Counted from the stretch's first letter, positions 9,298 to 17,901 are shown. The stretch is DNA of 23,031 nucleotides from Candidatus Aenigmatarchaeota archaeon (GCA_046539325.1 JBKHHD010000010.1:1-23031), one strand, 5' to 3'. Made by a program: numbers and translations. Notes: a model not told the origin generated them from the letters alone.

Positions 9298-10509
9298 TTA
9301 TCCAAAATAATATTTTTCTTTGAGAAGGTTTTTGACCTGGTTTTTCACGTTTGTAGATACTGCAGGCTTTATCATCCTCGTCCTTCCGTAACGTCCCTGT
9401 GAAGTCACCTGGGCCTGAATTATTCCAAGCATGTCAAGCTCAGAAATTAAGTCTGAAACGCGTCTCTGTGTGAGTGGCTCGAGGCCTGAGGTCTTACATA
9501 CCTCTTCGTAGAGTGAATGAACCTCTCCTGTCTGAACCATCTCTTTTCTCTCTTCAAACAAGTTTATTATAGACCAAAGGACGGCCTGTGACTGCCTGGG
9601 CTGGCTTTCAACAACTTCGAGAATCTTGTTCCTATCTATCTCATCTTCAGCCCTGTCGACGTGCTTTGCTTCAACTTTCTTCGCATCTGATCTTTCCGCA
9701 AGCTCTCCAGAAACCCTAAGCAGGTCTATAGCTCTTCTGGCATCGCCATGCTCCTGCGCTGCAAGAGCGGCACATTTCTTCACCACTCCACCCCCAACAA
9801 CATCGTCGTGAAAAGCTTCATCGGCTCTTCCCTGAAGTATATCTTCAAGCTGTTTGGCGTTGTAAGGGCTGAACAGTATCTCTTCCTCAGAAAGGCTTGA
9901 CCTAACTCTAGGATCCAGATCGTTTGTAAAGGAAAGATCGTTGGAGATTCCAACAAGGCTCAGCTTCGAGTTCTCCAACTCTTCGTTAACCCTCGTTAAG
10001 TTATAGAGGAACTCGTCACCTGTCTTCTCAACAAGCGAATCAATTTCATCAAGAATTAAGACAAGAATTCTCTTCTCTTCATCAAGAGCGTCGAAAAATC
10101 TCTCGTAAACCTCATCCGTAGGTAGGCCCGTTGAAGGAACATCCTTGCCGAACTTCCTAGCCAGTTCAGCTATAAGCCTATACTCTGTATCGGCTACTTT
10201 TCTCAGCTTACAGTTGAGGTATACGATCTTAACTTCGGTCCCGTTCTCCTCACTCTTCTCCCTCAGTTTCTCTGTAACCCGTTTTATTACTGCACTCTTT
10301 CCTGTTCCCGTCTTACCGTAAACAAATAAATTTGACGGCTTGTTACCCTTTAAGGAAGGCGCGAGAAGAGAAGCTATAGATCTTATTTCTCTATTCCTGT
10401 GCGGAAGATTTTCAGGATTGTAGTTTGTAGAGAGAAGATCCTTATCGTAGAATAGACTCTCCTTTTCCATGTACTCGTCAAAAATTGTATCCAATGATTG
10501 CTGCTGCAT
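9298..10509 (-). CDS. cdc6: Orc1/Cdc6 replication initiator
   Basis: Walker A GKTGTGKS, Walker B ILDEID, sensor-2 GDARRAIDLLR, winged-helix tail SQGRYGRTR. Start at ATG 10509 after GGGGTG RBS. Confidence 0.97.
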   Translation of the reverse strand: MQQQSLDTIFDEYMEKESLFYDKDLLSTNYNPENLPHRNREIRSIASLLAPSLKGNKPSNLFVYGKTGTGKSAVIKRVTEKLREKSEENGTEVKIVYLNCKLRKVADTEYRLIAELARKFGKDVPSTGLPTDEVYERFFDALDEEKRILVLILDEIDSLVEKTGDEFLYNLTRVNEELENSKLSLVGISNDLSFTNDLDPRVRSSLSEEEILFSPYNAKQLEDILQGRADEAFHDDVVGGGVVKKCAALAAQEHGDARRAIDLLRVSGELAERSDAKKVEAKHVDRAEDEIDRNKILEVVESQPRQSQAVLWSIINLFEERKEMVQTGEVHSLYEEVCKTSGLEPLTQRRVSDLISELDMLGIIQAQVTSQGRYGRTRMIKPAVSTNVKNQVKNLLKEKYYFG

Positions 10510-10573
10510 GTAAACACCCCACTCAATCCCCACACCCCAAAACCGGGGACGTTTTGTTGGTAAAGATAATTTA

Positions 10574-10590
10574 GGTTTTATATAAAAAGC
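10574..10590 (-). promoter_or_regulatory. TATA box of cdc6
   Basis: TTTTATATAAAA at 10576-10587, directly beside the first ORB-like element. Confidence 0.55.
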
Positions 10591-10592
10591 TA

Positions 10593-10899
10593 TTTGCACG
10601 TGAAACGAGGGGGTCCTTAATATGAATACAGAAACCCCTTTATTTCAGGTGGAGAAAGTTTCTACTTGAAATCAGGGGGTATTTCCTTAACGTGGAAAAT
10701 ATTACACCCCTTTATTTCACGTGGAGTATTAAATGAAATTATATGAAGATGAAAAATTTTGAACTCTGAGGCTCTCACACCCTTATTTCATGTGGAAAAT
10801 AATCCTTGTATGTATGTATAAAAACGTATAACAATGTTATAATGAAAGAAAAATCCCACCCACCTCCTGATTTTTACTTTCCAAAAGAAATCGGGGTGT
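10593..10899. promoter_or_regulatory. Archaeal replication origin (oriC) with ORB elements and an AT-rich unwinding region
   Basis: Six 22-bp elements resembling TTCCAnnTGAAAnnnGGGGT: 10593-10614(+), 10634-10655(-), 10659-10680(+), 10706-10727(-), 10777-10798(-), 10878-10899(+). AT-rich stretch at about 10800-10853. Directly upstream of cdc6. Confidence 0.9.
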
Positions 10900-10930
10900 C
10901 AGGACCTTTGTTTTTCTTTAAAGGAAAAAA

Positions 10931-10944
10931 ATGTAGTGCCTAAA
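10931..10944 (+). repeat. Dispersed 14-bp motif, copy 2 (ATGTAGTGCCTAAA)
   Basis: Exact copy; supplies the TAG stop (10940-10942) of the 49-aa ORF; inverted partner of copy 3. Confidence 0.95.
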
Positions 10945-11089
10945 AACTATCAAGTTCTTCTTTCGAGACTTCACCTTTCGGGCCTAAATACTTGAGAACT
11001 TCCTGCCTAATAGAATCCCCTTCTCTCACACTCTTCACGAGATAGAGATACTTATTCCCGTTTATTTCCTTTTCACGTATGAAGGCCAT
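10940..11089 (-). CDS. Small putative DNA-binding protein, 49 aa ([49 protein letters not shown]); not in the ORF track
   Basis: Translated by hand. The pattern FIRxKxINGxxYxYLVxSxRxGxxxRQxxLKYLG resembles the beta-strand N-terminal domain of IS1634-type transposases and small archaeal DNA-binding proteins (recognition only, not searched). TATA-like TTAAATA on the minus strand at 11128-11134. Confidence 0.8.
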   Translation of the reverse strand: MAFIREKEINGNKYLYLVKSVREGDSIRQEVLKYLGPKGEVSKEELDSF

Positions 11090-11096
11090 AGGCTCT

Positions 11097-11110
11097 TTTA
11101 GGCACTACAT
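11097..11110 (-). repeat. Dispersed 14-bp motif, copy 3
   Basis: TTTAGGCACTACAT, exact reverse complement; lies 7 nt upstream of the ATG of the 49-aa ORF. Confidence 0.95.
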
Positions 11111-11134
11111 ACTTTTCAAAGTAAGGGTATTTAA

Positions 11135-11156
11135 TTTCAAAATGAAATATGGGTAT
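11135..11156 (+). promoter_or_regulatory. Degenerate ORB-like element
   Basis: TTTCAAAATGAAATATGGGTAT aligns with the origin ORB TTTCCACATGAAATAAGGGTGT with 4 mismatches. Confidence 0.5.
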
Positions 11157-11193
11157 AAACTTCTTTTTACTACAGAACAGTTCCTGGACAGAG

Positions 11194-11207
11194 TTTAGGC
11201 ACTACAT
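11194..11207 (-). repeat. Dispersed 14-bp motif, copy 4
   Basis: TTTAGGCACTACAT, exact; shares one base with the pyrI TGA stop. Confidence 0.95.
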
Positions 11208-11659
11208 CATATATCTAACTCAAAGCTTGTGAACTTCCTTTCACAGTACTCACACTGTAAAAGTACTGGCTCCCTCTCCCTTACCTTGAAAGCTGCTTTC
11301 AGCGGTTCATCAGTGTTAGTCACACACTGTGGGTTAGGACAGCTTAAAAATCCTTGAATATTTTGAGGAAGGTCAAGTCTATCCTTCTCGAGAACCTCGT
11401 AGTCCTCTATTATATTAACCGTAGCTTCTGGAGCCAGTATAGCAACGGACTTCACCTCCCTTTCCTTCAACTTTCTACCTTCAACCTTCACTATATCTTT
11501 CCTTTTCATCTTTGAACTTTTCACGTTCATCAATAAAGAAACTGTTTTCTCTGAGTCGCCGTTGAGGCCAAGAAGGCTAAGTATATCCAGACCTCTGCCT
11601 GCTGGTATATGGTCTATTACTGTTCCATCGGAAATCTTACTTACCTTGAGATCAGGCAT
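11207..11659 (-). CDS. pyrI: Aspartate carbamoyltransferase regulatory chain
   Basis: GTVIDHIPAG, KDIVKVE, and Zn ligands CPNPQC...CEYCE. Confidence 0.96.
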   Translation of the reverse strand: MPDLKVSKISDGTVIDHIPAGRGLDILSLLGLNGDSEKTVSLLMNVKSSKMKRKDIVKVEGRKLKEREVKSVAILAPEATVNIIEDYEVLEKDRLDLPQNIQGFLSCPNPQCVTNTDEPLKAAFKVREREPVLLQCEYCERKFTSFELDI

Positions 11660-12554
11660 CTATATCAACTCCAAGTAGCTCAAGAATTATGCCCATTCTC
11701 GTAGGAACTCCGTTTTTCGCCTGCTCGAAGTAATGGGCCTGTGGAAGCTCATCCACTCCAGGCTTTATCTCACCAACCCTTGGTAGTGGGTGCATAAGGG
11801 TACTATTATCCTTCATTTCCTCTACTCTTTCCTTGTCAAGTATGAATGCGTCCTTAACCCTCTCGTACTCCTGCTTGTCAGGGAACCTCTCCTTCTGTAT
11901 CCTTGTCGCGTAGAGCACGTCTAAGTCCTTGATCCTCATCTCCGTAGTCTCCTCCTCTACACCTACCTCCCTTACGATATTTCTCGGCATCTTAGTTTCC
12001 TCCGGCGAGATCAGTCTTATATCCACGTCGTAATTATCAAGCGCCTCTGCTAAAGAATGGACAGTCCTTCCGTACTTCAGATCTCCCATCATCCCTACCT
12101 TCAGTCCATCGATCCTCCCAAACTCCTTCTTTATAGTGTACAGATCCAAGAGCGTCTGTGTAGGATGCTGGTTTGCTCCATCCCCGCCGTTGATCACGGG
12201 AACGCCCGTCTTTTCAGCCAGCATTCTTGCCGTTCCTTCGTAAGGACTTCTTATAACACAGATGTCTGTGTAGCCGGCTACAACTATGCCCGTGTCTGTG
12301 ATGTTCTCACCCTTCTCTATGGAGCTCACTTCTTCTGTCAGATTTATTGTAGAACCACCAAGACGCATCATAGCCGTTTCAAACGAAAGCCTTGTTCTCG
12401 TCGAAGGTTCTAGGAATATAGTGGAAAGTACGTGTCCAGGAAGAACTTCAGCAGCCTTTCTTTTACTTATTTTTTCGGCCTGAGAAGCCTTGGAAAGAAA
12501 AGACTCTATGTCGTCGCGTGTCAGGTCGTTTATCGATATTAAATTTTCCTTCAC
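11652..12554 (-). CDS. pyrB: Aspartate carbamoyltransferase catalytic chain
   Basis: FLEPSTRTRLSFE, HPTQTLLD, GDLKYGRTVHSL, TRIQKERF and HPLPR motifs. Confidence 0.97.
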   Translation of the reverse strand: MKENLISINDLTRDDIESFLSKASQAEKISKRKAAEVLPGHVLSTIFLEPSTRTRLSFETAMMRLGGSTINLTEEVSSIEKGENITDTGIVVAGYTDICVIRSPYEGTARMLAEKTGVPVINGGDGANQHPTQTLLDLYTIKKEFGRIDGLKVGMMGDLKYGRTVHSLAEALDNYDVDIRLISPEETKMPRNIVREVGVEEETTEMRIKDLDVLYATRIQKERFPDKQEYERVKDAFILDKERVEEMKDNSTLMHPLPRVGEIKPGVDELPQAHYFEQAKNGVPTRMGIILELLGVDIDA

Positions 12555-12625
12555 ACACGACCCTAGATAAGTTGTATTTTCATTTATTTAAGCTTTTAAT
12601 ACCCTCGGCACAAAAAGGATAAACC

Positions 12626-12964
12626 ATGATGCCGAATCTAGATCCGTCGAAGATCCAGCAGATGATGGAGAAGATGGGAATGGATACCGAGGAGATAGAC
12701 GCCGTAGAGGTCGAAATAAAAACGAAGACAGGTAAACTTCTTGTAAAGAACCCTTCAGTCATGAAGGTCAACGTGAAAGGAAAAGAGATGCTTCAGGTAG
12801 AAGGAGAGTTTGTAGAGACCGAAGGCGAAGAAAAGGAAATTGAGTTCACAGAGGAAGACGTCAAGACAGTCGTAGAGAAGACTGGAGCTTCAGAGGAAGA
12901 AGCGAAGAAGGCGCTAGAGGAAGAAGGCGACCTTGCTATGGCGGTCATGAAGCTAAAGGGTTAA
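12626..12964 (+). CDS. nac: Nascent polypeptide-associated complex protein (archaeal NAC)
   Basis: MMEKMGM N-terminus, NAC domain, and UBA-like tail EEDVKTVVEKTGASEEEAKKALEE-GDLAMAVMKL. Confidence 0.93.
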   Translation: MMPNLDPSKIQQMMEKMGMDTEEIDAVEVEIKTKTGKLLVKNPSVMKVNVKGKEMLQVEGEFVETEGEEKEIEFTEEDVKTVVEKTGASEEEAKKALEEEGDLAMAVMKLKG

Positions 12965-13010
12965 ACAACCCCGCCACTTTTTTATTTCTCTCCGTTAATG
13001 CTTAAACCGG

Positions 13011-13700
13011 ATGATATCCGTAGTCCTTCCTACGTACAATGAGAGGAAGAATTTAGAGGAAGTTGTTGAAAGGATCTGCTCCTGTATTGAAGGTGACTTC
13101 GAGATAGTTGTTGTTGACGATGATTCTCCCGACGGGACCTGGGAACTTGCAGAGGAACTTTCTTCAGAATACAAGAACCTACGCTCAGTAAGAAGAAGAG
13201 AGGACAGGGGCCTTGCGAAGTCAGTGGTCCGAGGGTTTCAAGAATCAAAGGGTGGAAGGATAGTTGTGATGGACGCAGACCTTCAGCACCCACCCGAAAA
13301 GATTCCAGAGCTCGTAGAGGCACTGGAGGACAACGACCTAGCTGTTGGTTCCCGTAAGGTCGAAGGGGGTGAGGTGGAAAACTGGCCCTGGCATCGTGAG
13401 TTTGTTTCATTTGGCGCAGAGAGGATAGCCCGTTTTTTTCTTCAGGACGTTAATAGCGTGAAAGATATAATGTCAGGATTTTTTGCTGTAAGGAAAGAGG
13501 TGGTGGAGAACGTAAATTTCAACCCCATTGGCTACAAGATACTTCTGGAAATTCTCGTGAAGTGTGATTACTCATCTCTGAAGGAGATTCCTTATACGTT
13601 CAAGGACAGAGAAACGGGATCCAGTTCCTTGGGCTTCAGGCAGTATATAACGTATCTCAGACATCTGTTCAGGCTTTGTATTTATGATTTATTCTGTTGA
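13011..13700 (+). CDS. GT2 polyprenol-phosphate mannosyltransferase (DPM1-like)
   Basis: SVVLPTYNE, VVDDDSPDGT, VMDADLQHPPE, SGFFA and GYKILLE motifs. Confidence 0.9.
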   Translation: MISVVLPTYNERKNLEEVVERICSCIEGDFEIVVVDDDSPDGTWELAEELSSEYKNLRSVRRREDRGLAKSVVRGFQESKGGRIVVMDADLQHPPEKIPELVEALEDNDLAVGSRKVEGGEVENWPWHREFVSFGAERIARFFLQDVNSVKDIMSGFFAVRKEVVENVNFNPIGYKILLEILVKCDYSSLKEIPYTFKDRETGSSSLGFRQYITYLRHLFRLCIYDLFC

Positions 13701-14495
13701 AATTTCAAGGTAGAGTACCACCAAAGCTCCTGCTGTTCCTGCAGCTATAATCGGTACATTTCCCAGGACCGAGGACTTTACTGTTATTCTTCTAAAAGGA
13801 GCTCTGAGCGCGCCAACTACCAGGCCTGTAAGGAAGGTGAGTGTAGCGCACCTGTCCCATTCGAACAGTCTGTCTACGGCCTTTGGAAAGGTCAGAAAGG
13901 CAAGCATCATCCCTGCTACAACAGCTCCTATCTCCTTCCAGAACACCAGAAACTCCTTCAGCGCGTTAAGCATGTACTCGTACTGACCAAGAAGCAGCAT
14001 GACAAAGGAACCGGATACACCCGGAAGGAGCATTGCACATATAGCAAGGAAGCCGGCGACGAAGAGCAAAGGTAGCGCATGGTACGAGCCCAGGGGTTCC
14101 AGACCTCCCACGTAAAAGGTCAGTACGAAGCCAACTATTCCAAGACCCACGGTTTTCATATCCAACCTTTCCGTCTTCATGTAGGTGGTCACCGCTGCGG
14201 CAGCTATAAGCCCAAAAAAGAAGGCAAAGAGTGCGCTCTCATACAGTTCCATGGCCCGGAGTATTATTCGCGAGAGAAGGAGAAATGAAGCGGCCATACC
14301 AAGACCAATGGTAACCAGAAACTCCAGATCCGTTTCCTTGTCCGTGAAGGGGTTCAGTGAGTCCACGGCTCCTATAAATCTCTCGTATATGTTGGTTACA
14401 AGGGCCATGGTCCCGGCGGATACACCTGGAATTATCTGCGCCACACCCATCAACAGTCCCTTGAGGAACAGGGAAACCCTCTTCTTCAGTTCCAT
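13689..14495 (-). CDS. DUF368 membrane protein (polyprenyl-phosphate translocase family)
   Basis: Repeated re-entrant motifs KGLLMGVAQIIPGVSAGT and AMLLPGVSGS. Confidence 0.9.
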   Translation of the reverse strand: MELKKRVSLFLKGLLMGVAQIIPGVSAGTMALVTNIYERFIGAVDSLNPFTDKETDLEFLVTIGLGMAASFLLLSRIILRAMELYESALFAFFFGLIAAAAVTTYMKTERLDMKTVGLGIVGFVLTFYVGGLEPLGSYHALPLLFVAGFLAICAMLLPGVSGSFVMLLLGQYEYMLNALKEFLVFWKEIGAVVAGMMLAFLTFPKAVDRLFEWDRCATLTFLTGLVVGALRAPFRRITVKSSVLGNVPIIAAGTAGALVVLYLEISTE

Positions 14496-14554
14496 GGTTA
14501 CAGTTTTCCCTCCAGATAAATAAATTGTTGGAGAACAAATGCGTAAGGGGTAGA

Positions 14555-14983
14555 ATGGCTTACAGCCTGCCTTATATATATGTCCGTGGAAAGGTCACAC
14601 AAGGCCTTGGGAGGAGCGCTCGCTACCTTTCGAAGAGCGGCTACAGGGACCAGTTCAGGAACAAGCTGAAAATAGACCCGAGGCTCGGTACCCTGAACCT
14701 CAAGCTGGACGACAGAAACAAAAAGAAGTTAGAAGATATAAGCTGGCATGGAGGAATTTCGATAGAAGGCTTCGTAGAAAACGGAGAAAGGCATGGAGCG
14801 ACGGAGGCCTTTCCAGCAAACATACGAGGCGTGGAATGCGCTGTCGTGATTCCCGAGGAAAGGGACAGCTACAGGATAATGGAGGTCGTAGCGAACTCCC
14901 GCCTGAGAAAACAGCTCAACCTAAGGGATGGCGACATCCTGGATGTTAAGGTCTTCATAGAGCCAGAGGAGTCCTGGCTGTAA
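14555..14983 (+). CDS. ribK: CTP-dependent riboflavin kinase (archaeal)
   Basis: GKVTQGLG...YRDQF...GTLNLKL...EVVANSRLRKQLNLRDGD; start ATG 14555. Some conserved positions diverge. Confidence 0.82.
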   Translation: MAYSLPYIYVRGKVTQGLGRSARYLSKSGYRDQFRNKLKIDPRLGTLNLKLDDRNKKKLEDISWHGGISIEGFVENGERHGATEAFPANIRGVECAVVIPEERDSYRIMEVVANSRLRKQLNLRDGDILDVKVFIEPEESWL

Positions 14984-14984
14984 G

Positions 14985-14998
14985 ATGTAGTGCCTAAA
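14985..14998 (+). repeat. Dispersed 14-bp motif, copy 5
   Basis: Exact; begins 1 nt after the ribK TAA stop. Confidence 0.95.
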
Positions 14999-15037
14999 AA
15001 CTCAACTAATAAATATCTTAATATAGAACTTGTTGAC

Positions 15038-15874
15038 ATGCCAGTGAAGAAAGCTGTAATACCTGCAGCAGGCTACGGAACAAGGTCCAGACCCCTCTCT
15101 AAAGCCGTTCCTAAGGAGCTTTTTCCTGTAGACGAGGAAGACAGGCCTGTGATACACTACGTGGTTAAGGAGGCGCTTGACGCAGACATCGAAGAAATAG
15201 GCATAATCACGAGGGAAGGCAAGGGCATAAGAGAATATTTTGAGGAAGACAAACGCAAGGAAAAGATGAATAACAAAGGACTTGACGACTTGCTTGAAGA
15301 TATGAAAGAACTGGAAGAGATGGGCGGACACATCAAGTATATACCACAAGAAGAGCAGAAAGGTCTGGGCCACGCAGTACAGCAGGCCGAGGACTTCGTG
15401 GGTGGTGATGACTTCGCAATTCTTTTCGGTGACAGCTTTTTCGACGTGTATAGAGGAGAGAACCCGCTGAAGGATATGATCGAGGTCTACGATGACTACA
15501 ACGGATCAACTGTTATAGCCGCGCAGCGCTACGAAGGCGACGAGGTTTCCTCGCACGGAATGATGGATGTAGAACAGGTGGAGGGGGATATATACGAGGT
15601 CTTCGATGCCATAGAGAAGCCTGATGTAGGTGAGGAGCCTTCTAATATAGGAACGAGCTGCCGGTATATAATATCTTCGAAGGTGTTTGAGTCACTGGAA
15701 GAGATAGGCCGGGGCGCAGAGAACGAGCTACAGCTAACTGACGCAATGGTACACAACATAAAGGAGAAAGGAGAAAGGACCTACGCATATGTGTTGCCTT
15801 ACAAGAGATACCACGTCTCCAACAGAGGAGATAGATTCCAGGCCGAGAAGGATTTAACAGGCTTAAGAAAATAA
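15038..15874 (+). CDS. galU: UTP--glucose-1-phosphate uridylyltransferase-like nucleotidyltransferase
   Basis: KAVIPAAGYGTR...PKEL, QEEQKGLGHAV, EKP and ELQLTDA motifs; start ATG 15038. Confidence 0.88.
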   Translation: MPVKKAVIPAAGYGTRSRPLSKAVPKELFPVDEEDRPVIHYVVKEALDADIEEIGIITREGKGIREYFEEDKRKEKMNNKGLDDLLEDMKELEEMGGHIKYIPQEEQKGLGHAVQQAEDFVGGDDFAILFGDSFFDVYRGENPLKDMIEVYDDYNGSTVIAAQRYEGDEVSSHGMMDVEQVEGDIYEVFDAIEKPDVGEEPSNIGTSCRYIISSKVFESLEEIGRGAENELQLTDAMVHNIKEKGERTYAYVLPYKRYHVSNRGDRFQAEKDLTGLRK

Positions 15875-15889
15875 TTCATTTTCCTCGGG

Positions 15890-15903
15890 ATGTAGTGCCT
15901 AAA
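15890..15903 (+). repeat. Dispersed 14-bp motif, copy 6
   Basis: Exact; lies in the 30-bp gap between the convergent galU and phosphodiesterase stops. Confidence 0.95.
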
Positions 15904-15904
15904 A

Positions 15905-16678
15905 TCAACCGAAAGCATCCATCACAGCTCTGTACACGTCCTGCGGCTCTTTTATCTCTCTGTCCACGTTCGTGATAACCACTGCTTCTTCGTGGTGGTC
16001 ACCCTTCAGTTCTCCTTGGTCCGTCTCCTTAGGCAGTGTCTGTACCTCCGCCTCGCCAAACGAACAGAAACCATGGTCCGAGATAAGGATAAGTCTGTTG
16101 TCTTCCTCTTCCAGAAAGCCTGTATCAAAAAGTATCTCACCCAGCCTCTTGTCCACTTCCTTGTACCAGTCCAGGACCATGTCCTCACCCCAGTGGAAGT
16201 GCTGAACCCTGTCCAGCGTAGTGAAAACAGACACAAGAACGTCAGGCTTTTCTTCAAGTTCTTCCTTTGTCTTTTCCGTGACTTTTTCTAGCTCTTTGTT
16301 CCACTCCCCTTCGTTGGTGGGAAGTCCGTAACCGACCGGCTCGAAGTCCACGTTATAGCTGTAGGGCGGAACCACAAACGGGACGTTGAGAGCTCTGACA
16401 TCCTTTGTTTCGTTCAGCTCATCCCACAAAAAGTCAACGTCCAGTTCTTCCCTGCTTACAATATCCCCGTTCTCCATGAACTCCTTGTGCCCGTGGTCGT
16501 CGTAGTAGGTTCCGGAAAACATTCCTGTCCATATCAGCGGAGACAGGGGATCTTCCTTCAGCTCCACAGTCCCTGCTTCTCCCTCTTCCATAAGTCTCTT
16601 CCAGTTCGGAAGCTCATCCAGATTAGGCTTTATCATCTTCCAGGTAGCTGCGTCCACGCCAAGAACTAAAAACGTCAT
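15905..16678 (-). CDS. Alkaline phosphatase superfamily protein (nucleotide pyrophosphatase/phosphodiesterase-like)
   Basis: VLGVDAA, SPLIWTGMFSG, LDRVQHFHW, ILISDHGF and GDH metal-site motifs. Confidence 0.85.
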   Translation of the reverse strand: MTFLVLGVDAATWKMIKPNLDELPNWKRLMEEGEAGTVELKEDPLSPLIWTGMFSGTYYDDHGHKEFMENGDIVSREELDVDFLWDELNETKDVRALNVPFVVPPYSYNVDFEPVGYGLPTNEGEWNKELEKVTEKTKEELEEKPDVLVSVFTTLDRVQHFHWGEDMVLDWYKEVDKRLGEILFDTGFLEEEDNRLILISDHGFCSFGEAEVQTLPKETDQGELKGDHHEEAVVITNVDREIKEPQDVYRAVMDAFG

Positions 16679-16679
16679 G

Positions 16680-17897
16680 CTATCTCACCACGATTCCGCC
16701 GCCGTTTATCCTTCTATTCCTATCGATTACGAATCGCCCGGTTTCCATTATCTCACTAAAGTTATCTACGGCCACAGGCTTTTCCAAGGTCAACGTGACC
16801 TCTCCTACCTCATGCTGTCCTAGAGCATCTGCGTCTTCCTCTGCTACTTCCAACGTAGAGGAGTCCAGTCTTTTACTTATTTCGCTTATAACTCCTTCAG
16901 ATTCCTGCGTAGTGCATTTGAAGGTTATTTCTTCCTCTTTGCTTATTTTGTCGGGGTTTATCCAGAAGATGTTCGCTTCTACTTTCTTTGACACTTCCGG
17001 AACCTTTTCAGCATCTGAAACCATGTCTCCCCTTTCTAATCCCTTTGTACTCAAAACAAGGCCCTTAGATTCTCCTGCTTCAGCTTTTTTTGTTTCTTTT
17101 CCGAACTCCTTCACCTCTTTGACCTCCGCTTCCTCGTCCCCCGGGAACACCTTAACACTGTCGCCCTGTTTCACAGTTCCTGACTCAACCTTTCCGACGA
17201 CCACCTCTTCGCCATCCACATCGTAAATGTCCTGTACGGGGAATCTCAACGGCTTCTCCGTGGGTTCGGGCTTCGTTTCAAACCTCTCCAGAGCATCTAG
17301 AACAGTAGGCCCGTCGTACCATTCCATCTTCTCTGACTTATCCACAACATTATCCCCTTCTTCTGCGGATATAGGAATGACGTAGTTTGGATCTATATTT
17401 ATTTCTTCCAGAAACTCCTCCATCTCTTCCTTCACTTCCTCGTACCTCTCCTCCTTCCTCCCAACAAGGTCCATCTTGTTCATCGCGACCACGACCTGAT
17501 CGATGCCGAGCAAGGACAAAATATATGCGTGTCTCTTCGTTTGTGGCATCACACCCTCCTTTGCATCAATTACAAGAACGCCCGCCTCTGCCTGCGAAGC
17601 GCCCGTGATCATATTTTTAATGAACTCCTTGTGTCCGGGAGCGTCTATGATAGTATAATTCCTGTCGTCCGTGGAGAAGTAGGTCTGTGCCGTATCTATA
17701 GTGATGCCTTGATCCCTCTCCTCCTTCAGGTGGTCCATGACGTGGGCGAACTTTATGTCTCCTTCCTTGTCCTTCACGTCCATCAGTTTGTCCGCGGACA
17801 GTGACTTCGTATCGTAGAACAACCGTCCAATAAGCGTTGACTTTCCGTGGTCTATGTGCCCTACAAGCACCATCTTCAGATTTTCCTTTTCACTCAT
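16680..17897 (-). CDS. cysN: Sulfate adenylyltransferase GTPase subunit
   Basis: GHIDHGKSTLIGRL, ERDQGITID, DAPGH and NKMD motifs; EF-Tu-like; in the same operon as cysD. Confidence 0.9.
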   Translation of the reverse strand: MSEKENLKMVLVGHIDHGKSTLIGRLFYDTKSLSADKLMDVKDKEGDIKFAHVMDHLKEERDQGITIDTAQTYFSTDDRNYTIIDAPGHKEFIKNMITGASQAEAGVLVIDAKEGVMPQTKRHAYILSLLGIDQVVVAMNKMDLVGRKEERYEEVKEEMEEFLEEINIDPNYVIPISAEEGDNVVDKSEKMEWYDGPTVLDALERFETKPEPTEKPLRFPVQDIYDVDGEEVVVGKVESGTVKQGDSVKVFPGDEEAEVKEVKEFGKETKKAEAGESKGLVLSTKGLERGDMVSDAEKVPEVSKKVEANIFWINPDKISKEEEITFKCTTQESEGVISEISKRLDSSTLEVAEEDADALGQHEVGEVTLTLEKPVAVDNFSEIMETGRFVIDRNRRINGGGIVVR

Positions 17898-17901
17898 GAA
17901 A

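Noticed and set aside
10510-10599. Extended N-termini in the ORF track (cdc6 from 10599, and likewise polB 8092, ribK 14525, galU 14990, epimerase 21120)
   Set aside because: The extensions run through promoter, ORB, motif or neighbouring-gene sequence; downstream ATGs match family N-termini and RBS or overlap patterns.
10931-11110. 180-bp inverted-repeat unit as an IS/MITE
   Set aside because: No target-site duplication (flanks GGAAAAAA / ACTTTTC), no catalytic transposase domain, the likely promoter lies outside the repeats, and solo copies including an in-frame intragenic one are unexplained. Not fully excluded without the whole genome.
16680-17897. EF-1alpha/EF-Tu call for the GTPase
   Set aside because: The KSTLIGRLFYDT and GITIDTA signatures and linkage to cysD favour CysN.
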